Shown: in pieces, positions 44,528 through 56,713 of the stretch
Position numbering within the stretch: the first letter of the stretch is position 1
Layout of the letters: every line of letters begins with the position of its first letter
Source of the DNA: the human T2T-CHM13v2.0 reference genome, Homo sapiens
Assembly (NCBI RefSeq): GCF_009914755.1
Contig: NC_060925.1
Reading direction: 5' to 3' (one strand)
DNA length: 64,000 nt
Position numbers and translations under genes: made by a program
Notes under the pieces: model-generated
The model's input: the letters and a program-made list of their open reading frames with translations, nothing else
The model's database searches: none
Told to the model about the DNA's origin: nothing

Positions 44528-45362
44528 GTGATACAAGACTCAGATTTGGGTTTTGTGCCCAGTTCCTGGCGCAGAGCTCACAGAACCCTGGGAATTTCCT
44601 GACTGATAGAAGCATCTTGTGCTATCATAAGATGCCCCTTTCCATCACACCTGAGTTGATGCCACTGCAGTGGCTGAGGTGGGGACCTGAGAGCCCAGCA
44701 TAAGGCCAGCCACCAGAAAGACCAATCCTGTCAGTAGAGGGCGGGAACACTCAGCCCCAGCCTCTGACCTCAGGAAGGGGAAAGGGGTTGAGCCCCATCA
44801 CCAATGACCAATGATTTAATCAATCATAACCATGTAATGGAACCTCCACAAAGACACCTAAACAGCTCTTGGGGCTCAGGGAGTTTCCAGGTTGGTGAGC
44901 ACACTGAGGTGCTGGGAAGGTGCACCCAGGGAGGGTGGGAAAGCTCTGAGCCCTTCCCCAGGCTTTGCCCATGTGTCTCTTCCATTTGGCTCTTCCTGAG
45001 TGGTATCCTTCACAATAAACCAATGACAGTAAGTAAAGTGCTCTTCTGAGTTCCATGGGCTGTGCTAGCGAATGCTCACATCTGCAGAGGCGCTGAGGGA
45101 ACAGAAGTATGGGCAGCCCCTGGAAGTTGTGACTGGCATCTGAAGTGGGGGCAGTCTTATGGGACTGAGCCCTTAATCTGTGGGGTCTGTACTAACTCCT
45201 GTAGTGTCAGCACTGGCAATTCTGTTCAATGCTGAATGGAATCCTTGGATACCCAATTCGTTTCCAGAAGTTGAAGAATTGTTTGGTGTGAAAATACCCA
45301 CACAACTGATGTCAGAAGTATGAGCAGAGGACGTTTTCCCAACAACCCACCACCATGACACT
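44528..45362 (+). mobile_element. MER21-like LTR in TRIM11 intron 5
   Basis: tgtgata start, internal AATAAA near 45014, atgggactgagcccttaatctgtggggtctg motif. Confidence 0.65.
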
Positions 45363-45471
45363 GTGAGTTTGGAGCTGGCAGTGGCAGGGCACAGAACACG
45401 TGGCTGGCTGCCCAGGTCCTTGGCAGGTCCCCTCCTGGAGTCATCTCCCCACCTGGGGCCTCCACACCTAC

Positions 45472-45572
45472 CTCGAAACCTCCGCAGTGTCTCTACCAGT
45501 CCCGGGACCCTGCACACGGTCCTCAGCTCCATAGGCACAACTTCTGGGGGCTGCAGCTTCACATCCTGGACC
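45472..45572 (-). CDS. TRIM11: TRIM11 exon 5 (101 nt, linker)
   Basis: ctctag|GGTCCAG...CGAG|gtaggt. Confidence 0.93.
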
Positions 45573-45634
45573 CTAGAGGGGACAACCCAGGTGTTGTCGC
45601 CATGGCCAACAGCTGGGTCCCACCCCACTCCCTC
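45573..45634 (-). ncRNA. MIR6742: MIR6742 precursor, 5'-tailed mirtron in TRIM11 intron 4
   Basis: 5p arm AGUGGGGUGGGACCCAGCUGUU (45629-45608) can pair with 3p arm ACCUGGGUUGUCCCCUCUAG, which ends exactly at the intron AG; name recalled from memory of the mature sequences. Confidence 0.8.
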
Positions 45635-45667
45635 CTGCCCCCCCTCCAGGAGAGGCTGGGTTCGTAC

Positions 45668-45690
45668 CTGCGCAGGGCGTCCTTGATGTC
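45668..45690 (-). CDS. TRIM11: TRIM11 exon 4 (23 nt, DIKDALRR)
   Basis: acatag|GACATC...CGCAG|gtacga; the typical TRIM 23-nt exon. Confidence 0.93.
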
Positions 45691-46209
45691 CTATGTGGGG
45701 AGGAGAAACAGCACACTCGGTGTCAGTGACCATCGCTTGCTCCTGGAGTCCCCTCCCCGCCCCTGGAGCCTCGCCCCGTCCCCCTCTCCTACATTTGAGC
45801 GTCAGGCAGCAAAAACACACACAGGGGGCCATAAACCACCCGCAGCAAGGCTCAGACACAGGAATGCTGGACAGAGGCTCTGACATGTGTGCCAGGAGGC
45901 ATCACCAATGGGGTGCAGCCCAGCCCTGCGGACCAAGGCCCACTTCTGCCTGACACTTGGATGTAGGGCATCTGGCTGTTGGCTCACTCACCCAGAGCCC
46001 CAAGTGGGCGCCTCTGGGTGCCAAGGACAGGACAGGCACACATCCCAGCCTTCAGCATAGGGGCACCTCCACCCCAGCTGGAGCCCAACCCTGTGGTTGC
46101 ACTGCTTCCTCTCCCAGCTCCACCTGCCCTGCAGGCTCCCTGCTCAGCCCCACTCTTGGGCGTGCGTCCTTCCTGTGTCACTGCCTGATACGTGATAGCA
46201 TCTGACTCC

Positions 46210-46582
46210 ATGTTAGGGCCCGAATTGTGTCCATCCCGCCAAATCCGTATGTTGAAGCCAGAAACTTCAGGACTTCAGAACTTGACTATTAGAAAAAAGG
46301 GCTTTTAAAGAGGAAATCATAGTAAAATGAGGCCATTAGGGTGGGCTGCAATCCAAAATAACTTGAGTCTCATAAGAAGGGGCGAATAGGACACAGACAC
46401 CCACAGAGGGGAGACCCTGTGAGGATACAGGGAAGAAAAGGCATCTACAGGCCCAAGAGATAGGCCTCAGGGGGAACCAGCTTTGACCTCAGTCTTCCAG
46501 TGTGCAGGACTGGGAGACAATCAGTCTCTGCTGGGGAAGCCTCCTGGCAGGTGGTACTAAATGTGGCAGCCCGAGCTGGCGT
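46210..46582 (+). mobile_element. MLT1 (MaLR) LTR
   Basis: gaattgtgtcc...tatgttgaagcc...aaatgaggccattagggtggg. Confidence 0.75.
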
Positions 46583-46889
46583 GATACACCCAGGTATTGG
46601 AACATCAGCTCTTAGGAGACACGGTCTTGTATCTCTTAGAGCAGTCTTCAGTGCACTGCAGGGATTTAACCCACACTGTCAAATAGACGATCCCACACCA
46701 TGTTCATTCTAACACACGTGGTGCCAGCTACCAGGCCAGGATGCAGAGGTCAGTAAGACATAATCCCAGACAAGGGTTTCCCTACATGTAGGAGAAATGG
46801 CAAAGGAAGATTTCCACACATACGGGTAGTTAATTCTGTCTAGGGGGACAACAACACACTCTAGGCCCCAAAAATTTTTTAAAAAGGAG

Positions 46890-47168
46890 GCCAGCACTTT
46901 GGGAGGCCAAGGCAGGCAGATCACTTGAGTCCAGGAGTTCAAGACCAGCCTGGGCAACACAGCAAGGTCCCATCTCTAAAAAAAAATTTTAAAATTAGCT
47001 GAGCTTGGTGGTGTGTGCCTACAGTCCCACCTACTCAGGGGACTGAGATGGAAGGATCGATTCAGCCCAGGACGTCGAGGCTGCAGTCATAATCACATCA
47101 CTGTACTCTAGCCTGGGCGACAGAGTGAGACCCTGTCTCAATAAATAATTCATAAATAAATAAATAAA
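46890..47168 (+). mobile_element. Alu with (TAAA)n tail
   Basis: ccagcactttgggaggccaagg...ataaataaataaa. Confidence 0.9.
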
Positions 47169-49489
47169 GAGGAGACTCTTGGTAGGGTTCTGAAGCCCAA
47201 GAAGAATTTGTTGGTAGACACAGGGGGAGTGCGCAGGGTGAGGGAGGGGTGTGCACAGGGCAGGGGCAGATGGTGCTGGTGTGAGCAAGGCAGCTGGGAG
47301 CAGCTCCACCTTGGTTATTCTACCTGGGGTGGGCGGCCCACCCCTGGTGTCATTTGGAAACAGGTGGTGGCTGTCACAAGGCCGGGTGCAGGGGCGGCAG
47401 GAGAAGGGCTTGGGGGTAGAGGAGAACCTTGGCCTCGACAAGGGGGTTTGGTCTCTGCACAGAACACGGGCCCTCCAGGGGCAGCATTGACTTGAACAAA
47501 ACCACTCTGCGGCTACAAGCAGGGCCTGCTGAAGGGGGCAGCCAGGACCCCAGAGTCCATAGCAGCCAGGGCCCCAGAGTCCACAGCAGCCAGAGCCCCA
47601 GTGGGTGGATTCCTGGGAGTCACTCAAGCCTTTACCTCCACTGTGCAACCCCCGTCCATTCGGCCTGGGTGCTGGGAACCCGGGTTGGGTTCCCCTACCC
47701 AACCGGGGGCCAAGGGTGCAAAGCCATCCCCACCTGTCCCTCTCAAACCAGCACACAGCTCACATCAACACAGAGCTGCTGAGGCTGCTCTCCTGCAACC
47801 CCCATGTGGGCAGACCCCCACAGCATGCAGGCCATGTGCTGGCAGGTTGGGGGGACAGGAGGGACCTCCCTGAAGCCTTGTAGCCAGGCCAAACCTGGGC
47901 AGGGAGCTTGGCCAAGGCATGGACGGGTGGGCCACTCAGCGGGGTGAATGCAGGTGGGTGTATGAGACCCAACACCCACCCACCCGCCCACATGCCACAA
48001 TGTCTCAGCTGAAAGCCCAAATTGCATCTTCACACAAACCCTGTGGGTCCCCATTTCCAGGTCAACTCACCTTCCTTCTAAACCCTTCCTGGCTTCTCCA
48101 ACACCTGTCCTCTCTGCCCTCCCTGAGGGCTCCTCCTCAGTCTTCTGGGTACCTCCCCACCCCACAATTTACTGACCACAGGACCCTCTCCTAATATTCC
48201 TCAGTCTTTCTACAGACGCTAGCCGAGCGTCCTTCCCGCTTCCCAGGCTCAAAGCCAGTTGATGTCCAAGCTGGTGCACGCGGCACACGGAGTGGAGGAG
48301 CAGATGCTGCAGACTCGGAGGTGGGGGAAACTACCTACTGGGTACAGTGTGCACCATTCGGGTGATGGCTACACTCTGACTGCACTTGTACCCCTTAAAT
48401 CTACAAAAAAAAAAAACAAAAAAAAAAAAACAAAAAACAAAAAAACAGAAAAAAGCTTACAATAGAAATGACAATCGAAACCAGGAGCCGGTGCCTGGAC
48501 TGATGTTCTGCTGGGCTCCAGAGGCCGGCAGCAGGTCACCCCCTGTGCAAAGCCGCCCAGCCACATCTGCAGCATTGTGGGCTCCACCTGGGTCTGGCAG
48601 CCCTGCCCCACCAGTGGCTGAATTCACTCACACACGGCCTCTCTCCTCTGTGGGAGCCAGAATTGCCCAGGGGCCCATTTCCCTCTGAATCTTGGGGCCC
48701 CTTGAGTCTACACCATGCTGGGCATGGAACACGTTCTCCATTTTGTGGGAAAAACATCCAGCTGAACCCCACGGGAAGATGATAGCAGACACTCCCAGCC
48801 CACACGGGGCCTCTCAGCATGGGAGTGCCGTCAGTCCTCATCAGTGCACGCTTGCCAAGCGGAGAGAGCTGACTCCAGGCCCCCTGACCTGCCGCCAGGC
48901 CACAGGCCAGGGCGTCCACTGGTTCTGGTTTGGGGGTGCACCAAGGAAAGCCCAGGCCCAGGGGGCCGGCTCAGGGAGTGGAGCCCACACATGGGAAAAG
49001 ACTCTCCTGGAAGCAGAGGAGGAGGAGACTGCCCCCCATAATGGAGATGCATGGGGTGTGCCAGCGGGGTGAAGACAGAGTGAAGGGCGAGGACTTCCTG
49101 CTGGGGACACCATGGCAGGAATCCTATGGGAGGCCCAAGGTGGTCCCAGCGAGCACATGCCCACTCTGCTGTGCCCACAGGGAGCAGCAGTGTCAGTCAG
49201 GACGAGATGGAGTGACCTTATGTAATCACTTAAGAAACATCAACTGTTTACATCTACAGAGGAAAATTGATTTTCCCTTTCTCGGCACGTGGGTTTTGGG
49301 GGTGGGACATCTGTCCTGCTGCTGACTCAGCATTTCACAGGCAACAGCCAGGCACATCCAGCCATGCCATTCACCTCTCAGCCCAGACAACCTCTCTGCC
49401 CCTGCTTCTTGCACTTTCTGGTTCTCCCTCCCCCAGTGTGGCCAGGCCATGCCCGTGTGGCCACCATGGCTGCTCCCCACCCAGCTCAC

Positions 49490-49720
49490 CTGCAGCAGCC
49501 CCAGCGCAGGCAGCTGGCAGCGGCCCTCGAGCTCGGCGATGAGCTCAGCTAGGTGGGCGCTCTGCTGGCCTAGGTGGGCTGCGCCCTCCCGCAGCCGGGG
49601 CAGCACCTCCAGCTCCTCCTCCTCCAGCCTCTGCAGCAGCTGCTGCTCCTCCTCTGCCAGCAAACGGCGAAGACGCTCGAACTCACCCAGCACGTTCTGC
49701 CGCTGGCTCTCCACCATCTT
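49490..49720 (-). CDS. TRIM11: TRIM11 exon 3 (231 nt, coiled coil)
   Basis: ccacag|AAGATG...CTGCAG|gtgagc. Confidence 0.95.
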
Positions 49721-49751
49721 CTGTGGAGCCCAGGGAGAAGGACAGCTGAGG

Positions 49752-50340
49752 CCAGACCCCAGGCCCAGCCAGACCCCAAGTTTGGTCAGACCCCAAGCCC
49801 ACCCAGAGGCCTGGCTGCACCCAACCCCACCCCCGGGGCCTGCTAAAGCCAAAGCACAGCACCAGGTGTGGCAGGACCCCAAACCCACCACCTGGTGCTG
49901 GCCAGACCCCAAACCCACCTGTGGCACCTCCCAAACCCCAAATCCACCACTCAGGGAGAGCCAAATCCCATTCTACCACACAGGACTGGCTAGACCCCAA
50001 ATCTAAACCCAGGGCCGACTAGATCCCAAATCCACTATCTAGTCCCTCCCCAACTTCCAAATCCACCCATTGGCTTGGTAGAACCCTGCATCTACCACCT
50101 GGGGCCAGCTGGACTACAAATCTACCACCCAGGGTCCCTCCTGACCTCCAAATTCTCCCCTGGGGCTTCCCAGATCCCAAATCCACCACCCAGAGCCTCC
50201 CAGACCCCAAATCTACCCCAGAACTGGACAGATCCCAAATCTACTCCTCAGGATGGCTGAATCCCACATCTATGACCTAGTCCCTCAAAACCTCCAAATT
50301 TACCTCCAGGGCCCAGACCCTAAATACACCTGAGAGTTGC
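49752..50340. repeat. Diverged repeat (ccagaccccaaatctacc-like units) in TRIM11 intron 2
   Basis: Repeated gaccccaaa and atcccaaatc motifs. Confidence 0.7.
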
Positions 50341-50591
50341 CACCCAAGCATGCTGGGACCCCAGGATGGGGCCCTTGCAGTATGGGAGCCCACGCCCACG
50401 ACCTGGCAGGACAGGTGCACGTGGGAAAGGACCAGCCCTTCAGTGGGCTCGGTGGGGCCAGGCTGAAGCAGTGACTGGTCCTGGGGCGCCAAGGGCAAGT
50501 GTGCCTGGCCAGCATCGCCCCCTGGGGTCTCCTATACAGGACCTTCACCCCCTACCCTGCCACCCAGGACCCTGGGAGCCCCAGCACCTGC

Positions 50592-50687
50592 CTGCCACAA
50601 GACGCAGGTCTCATCCGCCTGGGCTTGGAACAGCAACGCATCCTGCATCTGCTTCCGGAGATGCTCCAGTGACTTCTCCAGCTTCGC
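50592..50687 (-). CDS. TRIM11: TRIM11 exon 2 (96 nt, coiled coil), GC donor
   Basis: ccgcag|GCGAAG...TGGCAG|gcaggt; 96 nt as in the paralogous TRIM17 exon. Confidence 0.92.
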
Positions 50688-51129
50688 CTGCGGGAGAGGC
50701 CAGGCAGGACCATGAGACATGAGTCCTGTCACAGAAGCCTGCCCTTTTGCACCTGACACCCTGTCCCCTCCTCAAAGACAATGGGGACAAACTGAAATCT
50801 GCCTGGTGAATCAGGGAACTCAATGCCCTCCAATAAGCGTGAGCCCTCATGGTAGGTGGGCAGCCTCTTGCCAGAGGCTGACAGCCCCAGCCACATTCTT
50901 TCCTTTTTCTCATATGGGGCATTTCTAGTCCTCGACCTTGCTACCCTAGCCCAGGCCTCACCCCCCTTTGCAAAGCTACCTCAAGGGTTCTGGCTGCCCA
51001 CCCCATCTGTCCCCAAGCTGGCTCTGAAGGTGCTGAGCTCTCCTGTTCCCAAGCCAGTGTCTACTCCTCCTCCTCTTCCTTCTCACCTGCTGGCTCACAT
51101 AAGGGCCTTGGACCAAGCCTATGCTGGGG

Positions 51130-51472
51130 TCCAAAAATTCTGCCCTATGCCCCCACAAATTCATAGGTTGAAATCCCAACACCCAGTGTGATGATGTTAG
51201 GAGGCGGGGGCTTTGGGAGGTGACTAGGTCAGGAGGGCAGTGCCGCCACAATGGGATTAGTGTTATAAAGGAACCCTCGCCCCTTTCACCATATGACAAC
51301 ACAGTGAGAGGGTGTTGTCTGTGAACCAGGAAGCACCCTCACCAGACACCAAACCTGCCAGGGCTTGATCTTAGACTTCCAGCCTCCAGAGCTGTGAGTC
51401 TCCAGCTTGTATACATCTGCCATGTGCAAACCATGGTGTTTTGGTAGGACAGTCAGCACGGACAGACATGCC
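51130..51472 (+). mobile_element. MaLR LTR (MLT1A/MST-like)
   Basis: aaattcataggttgaaatcc...ttgatcttagacttccagcctccagagctgtgag. Confidence 0.75.
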
Positions 51473-52186
51473 TGGCTACCCACCCTATCTTTTCTCCAAG
51501 CCACTCGGGACCTTGTGCATTTTCAGCTTCATCAGCTATCACTGTAATAAGCTCCAGGATGGGTACACCTCCATTCTGCTTTCTTGGTCCTTAATTCTCA
51601 TTCCCACGGTTCCTCATGCTGTGCATACCAGGAAGCAGTGAAAATCCTGTACACAAGCTCACTGTACTGTGTGTGCTTGGGGTGCCCTGAACCCACTTCT
51701 CGAAGGGTCTGCTCACTTCCACCCCATCTGACACCCTTATCAGCAACGGGCCCTGTGCTGGCCACACCTCTTTGCTTCTCAGCCACCCCAAGTCTTGGCT
51801 CTCATCTCTCGCTATCCACGCTCTGGAAGGATGGAGGTGCTGGGAGGGTCCAGAAGTCTGCCCCGGTAGCAGAGCCAGGACTTCAGCCCAGCTGCCTGGC
51901 TCCAGGTGCTCACTTTAGTTCACCACTTGGCCTCACGATTCGGGAAGACCGCTGGAGCACCAAGGACATGTCCAACTGCTTTACTGTCTCTGCCTAGGCT
52001 CAGCTCTCACGTGAGCTACAAGAACCCCAAATGGCGGTCCCTGTCCCCAGGCCTCTCTCCTCACTGCTGCCGACCTGTTCCAGAAAACTCAGGCCTGGCC
52101 CCTGTGACCCCAACCCCACCTCAAACACTTGGCCCAGTGCCTCTCACTTCTCCCTCAATGCCTCAGTCCCTACGGGACATTTTCAG

Positions 52187-52480
<294 letters not shown>

Positions 52481-53036
52481 AACGTTTTCAGTTTTCAACA
52501 CTAAGGTTACAAACAGCATTTGATCAGATGGAATGGGCTGTAAAGCAGCACAACATACCCAGCATGGCAAAGATCTTGCATTTCAGGTACCTGCATCTTT
52601 GTGTCTCTGGCCAGATCAGAACAGAAACCTCTTACCCTGCGTGTAGTCAGAACTGGGATGCTGGGGCTTGGTGCAGGCCTGGGATCTTCCCTGGCCTCCT
52701 CCTTCCTGTGGCAAACCCCCTCCCCACACAAGTGCCATCTGACACACAACCCAGAGAGATCTGGGGGCCATCTTCTCTCTCCCATGGTGCTGCTTCCTGG
52801 AACTGGAGCTTACTGGGACTTCCCTGTTTACCACCTCGGGGCAACCCAGCCTGGGGCTTGTTCAGCTGTCATGACCCCAGGTCAGGGCCAGGCAAGGAGT
52901 GAACCTGTCATGGAGCTAATGGGCCCCAGCTCTGGCAAGTGGACACACAGCCCCATAGGTGGGACTGAGCTTTCTAGGCCCATGGGGGCAGGTAAAAGCA
53001 GTTTGCTGTGGTTAACATAACCTAGGCTCTAAGGCA

Positions 53037-53527
53037 GTGAAGAACAGGATGTCATCCCCAAATATACCGCTGTGGTACAAGAATTATTCTGAGTAAAAGC
53101 AGATGCAGGAAGAGCTCTCTGTACTCCTATCTGCCTAAAAGTAGGGTATTCATTCCCCATGAGAAAGGCACCCTCTCTCTACCAGGAAGAGGAGGGCACT
53201 CTAATCCTGGGAGATGATTCTGCCTAAACAGACCTTACTACAATGACCATTATCTTGTGTTAATTCTTCCCATCTATTTCCTAGTCACTTTCCCACAATT
53301 TATCAGTCCTAGACGCCCAATCCCATTTCTGTGTCCAGTCACTTCTCCACAATTCACAAACCTTTGCTGAAATACGCTTTTCTATGAAGTTCTTGTGCAT
53401 GTGAAACTTAAAATATTAATCAAATTGTATGATTTTTTTTCCTGTTAATTTGTCTTGTGCCAGTTTAATTTGCAGCCCTGAGCCACTGAACCTAACAGGG
53501 TAGAGGGAAATTTTTTTCTTCACCTGC
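53037..53527 (+). mobile_element. ERV1-class LTR (MER34/MER39-like)
   Basis: ccccaaatatacc...aattattctgag...gggtagagggaaattttttt motifs; family uncertain. Confidence 0.55.
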
Positions 53528-54679
53528 AAAAGAAAGGGTTAAGTGCTATCCCATGAAACTATATCGAGTCAACTCTATAGAGCTATTGGGCACTCTCTGC
53601 ACCCATTGGGGTAATTGGTGTCACAAGGGTAATTCTGCTGGGCTAACATGTTTCAGGTGTAGACATTCCTGCATGGGCAAAGAAAAGAAAACCCAAATGA
53701 ATCTGTGTCTGAACAAGCCCACGGATATGGCTCTAAACCACCTTTCTGCTAAAATCCAAAGCAGAAGGGGACAGATTCAGATTTATTCTAGTATCCCAGA
53801 AGTTTGCTCTGTGATAGGGACAGATCAAGCTCAGTACTGATTCTAACACTGCCTTAACTGCTCATCTGGCACACACAAGTGACCATGATGCAACACACAA
53901 AGTGCAATCAAGAAAGCTCCAAAGATGCTGCCATCTGCCCCACACGTAGGCTCCCAGGAGCACACCTGCAGCAGGTCAGCGAGGAAAGAGGACAGCGGGA
54001 GGGAGCGCAGGCCAGGGAACGTGTGCCCCAGGCCCTTCAGCTCGGGGTTTATTTGGGTTTTAAGCAGCAAGACAAGGGGAGAAAAGGCAGGCTGAGCCCT
54101 GGCATCTCAGATGGCAGAGATGGCTCCCAGTACCCCACCCAGAAATGCAGGGCAGCCCTGGAGGGGAGGTTAGAGAGGAAACGACTGTGTCCCCCTCATC
54201 CTGCCCAGTCTGGGGCTTTCCCAGGACTTAAGTACTGACCTGCTAACACAGTCCCTGCAGGGAGTCCATCTAGGATCGGCCACCTCTGAGGTTCTCCCAC
54301 TTTCCTCTGATTCCAGCTCCTTGCTGGCCAGGGTATGGCCACATTTTCCTTGCCCCCACTCCACCACCTTCCACCTTCCACCTTCCTCTCTTAGCCTCTA
54401 TCTATGAGAGGTACGCCCCTCACCCCCGAGAGCAGGGTCTCATTGGCGGCCATGGTCCCAGCCTCAAGGGGCCTGGTTGAAACAGGCTGTGTCATGAGCC
54501 CCCACAGCCACCCTGCGCGACACCCCCCTCACAGGCCCACAGCAGGCTGCATCCTGAGCTCCCCGCCCTAGACAGAGACAGATTACTCCCGGAGCAGTCC
54601 CCCAAACCTCCCACCCGCCCAGGCCTCCCCAGTCCCCGGCTCCCCGACGCCCCTGCACGCCACCCCCGCCCAGGAGCAC

Positions 54680-55087
54680 CTTGAGGTCTTCGGCCGCGTC
54701 CTGCAGCGGCCGCACGCGGTGCGCCCAGTGCTCCCCAGAGCGCTCGCAGGCCGCACACAGGAGGCGCAGCTCGTCGCCACAGAAGGCGGCCAGTGGCTCG
54801 CGGTGCGCGGGGCACACGCCCTGCGGGACCGGCGACGGCGGGTGCAGGCGCCGCGCCATCTCGGCCATCTTAGCAAGCGGGCGGTTGGGCCGCAGGTTCC
54901 TCTGCGGGGACAGCTCGCGGCACTCGGGGCACGCGTACGGGCCCTCGGGCTGGCCCCAGCAGCGCCGGATGCACTCGCGGCAGAAGTTGTGGCCGCAGTC
55001 GGTCATCACCGGATCCGTGAAGTAGTCGAGGCAGATGGCGCAGGTGGCCTCCTCCTGGAGGTTGGTGGACAGGTCGGGGGCGGCCAT
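54680..55087 (-). CDS. TRIM11: TRIM11 exon 1 (RING + B-box2; [19 protein letters not shown]...)
   Basis: ORF 54464..55087; donor CTCAAG|gtgctc. Confidence 0.96.
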
Positions 55088-55569
55088 GGCGCGGACAGAG
55101 GGGAGGAAGGCGGTACTGTCCGCGGGGCGGCGGCGGGCGGCCTCGGCAGCTCGCGGGGACGCGGGGTATCCGGGTGCGGCGGCGCAGGCTCGGGCACTCC
55201 GGGGCGCGAGGCTCGGGACTCCCGGGTGCTCGGGCTCCGGGGCGCGGGGACTCCAGGGCGCAGGACTCTGGGTTTCGGTAGCGCTGGGCGCGTAGGCTCC
55301 GAGCGCTCGGGGGACGCGGGACGTAGGGATCCCGGATGCCGGCAGGAAGAGGAGCCGAGGCGGAAGCAGGAAGCGACTGGGTGGGTTTTGTGTTTTTTTT
55401 TTTTTTTTTTTTTTTTTTGGAACAACCCGCTTTTGCCTCCGATTGGCCGCTGCCAGTCACGCGGCCCGCGGGCGGGACGGAATTGGAGAGCTTTCACTTG
55501 CTGACCTGGCGTCACCACCGCTCCGGTTCTTGTGGCCAGGTCTTTTACCCCTGCCCTGGGGAGGACTCA

Positions 55570-55682
55570 GGCGCAGGGGAGGGATGGGGACAGGGGGCGG
55601 GGCGCAGGGGAGGGATGGGGACAGGGGGCGGGGCGCAGGGGAGGGATGGAGCAGGGGGCAGGGCAAGGAGGGATGGGGACTC
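55570..55682. repeat. G-rich 31-bp tandem repeat x ~3.5 upstream of TRIM11
   Basis: ggcgcaggggagggatggggacagggggcgg at 55570 and 55601, diverging from 55632. Confidence 0.9.
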
Positions 55683-56713
55683 AGGGCGGGGCACACGGAA
55701 GCAACTGCAAGGACTAAGGGAGTCCGCAGCCTGGGGCATTGGAGCCCTTCGCCATACCCCTAGTGCGTCCTCACCCCCTCGGCCCGTGCTTCCCAGGGCG
55801 GGTATCCTCGGAAGGCCCGGCCCTCACAGCCTTGGCAGGCCAAGGTCAGAATGATTGGAGTTGGGGGATGGGACGGGGGCATCCCTCCAGGACCAGCTCT
55901 CCAGGAGGCCCACATTCTTTCTGCGGGAACCACTCCAAAGGGGCATGCTGTTCCAGGCAGCCCCTCGCGCAGACACTCCGGCTTTGTCGAGGTAGGAGTA
56001 CGCTTACTCTGGAATTCTGCCTTGCTAGTGACTGACACAGGCTGTTAAAGTGCTTGACCCTGCAGGGGTGGGTGGGGGGTTCCTTGGAAAAGGTAAGGGC
56101 GCTGTGGAAAAGAGGCCCCTACATAAATCCTAATCTCTTTGGGATTTTGCCCCTGCTCGTGCAACTTTGGGGATCGAACGGGATGGGGGTGGGCAGCTCT
56201 GAGGCTTTTTACGGGTTCAGCCTTTCCCATTTTCCCCCATCGAAGGACCCAATAGGATGCATAGGACATTTCTATGGGCAGCCTGGGACCATCCCTGACA
56301 CAGCAACCACCCCCGCTCCTCCCCACCATAGGATATTTCTACTTCTTTGACAGAGTAACCTAAACCCCTGGGGGGGCTGGGAGCCACAGATTCCTGTCAT
56401 TCCAAAGTGGGGGTGGGGGCATGGCTAAAAAAAACGTGACCACGCTGTTCCTGGTGTGTAGGTATGGATTTAGAAATCGGTCCACTCAGAACGCAGGGGC
56501 TTTCAAAAGTTTCCTCTAGGAAGCATCTGTCAGTATACCCTCTTAATGTTTGACAGTTCTAATCACAATTATATTTAGAATTTGAGAAACCCCCCTGTGT
56601 GTCTAATGGCTGCCAGCGTGATGCCAGAGAACCCTGGCAGGTGGCCTGCAGTAAGCAGAAGGCCCACACCTTCTGCAGAGCCAGGAGCAGTGCCCGAGTC
56701 CCCCGGTCTGTGT

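Larger units (their letters stand above)
54560..55700 (-). promoter_or_regulatory. TRIM11: TRIM11 CpG-island promoter
   Basis: Dense CpG; CCAAT (ATTGG at 55442); tandem ETS-like CGGAAGCAGGAAG near 55360; GGGGCGGGGC GC boxes near 55594, 55625 and 55684. Confidence 0.8.

Noticed and set aside
54719-55854. Long ORFs on both strands over the TRIM11 promoter
   Set aside because: CpG-island artefacts running through the poly-T tract (poly-Phe or poly-Lys)
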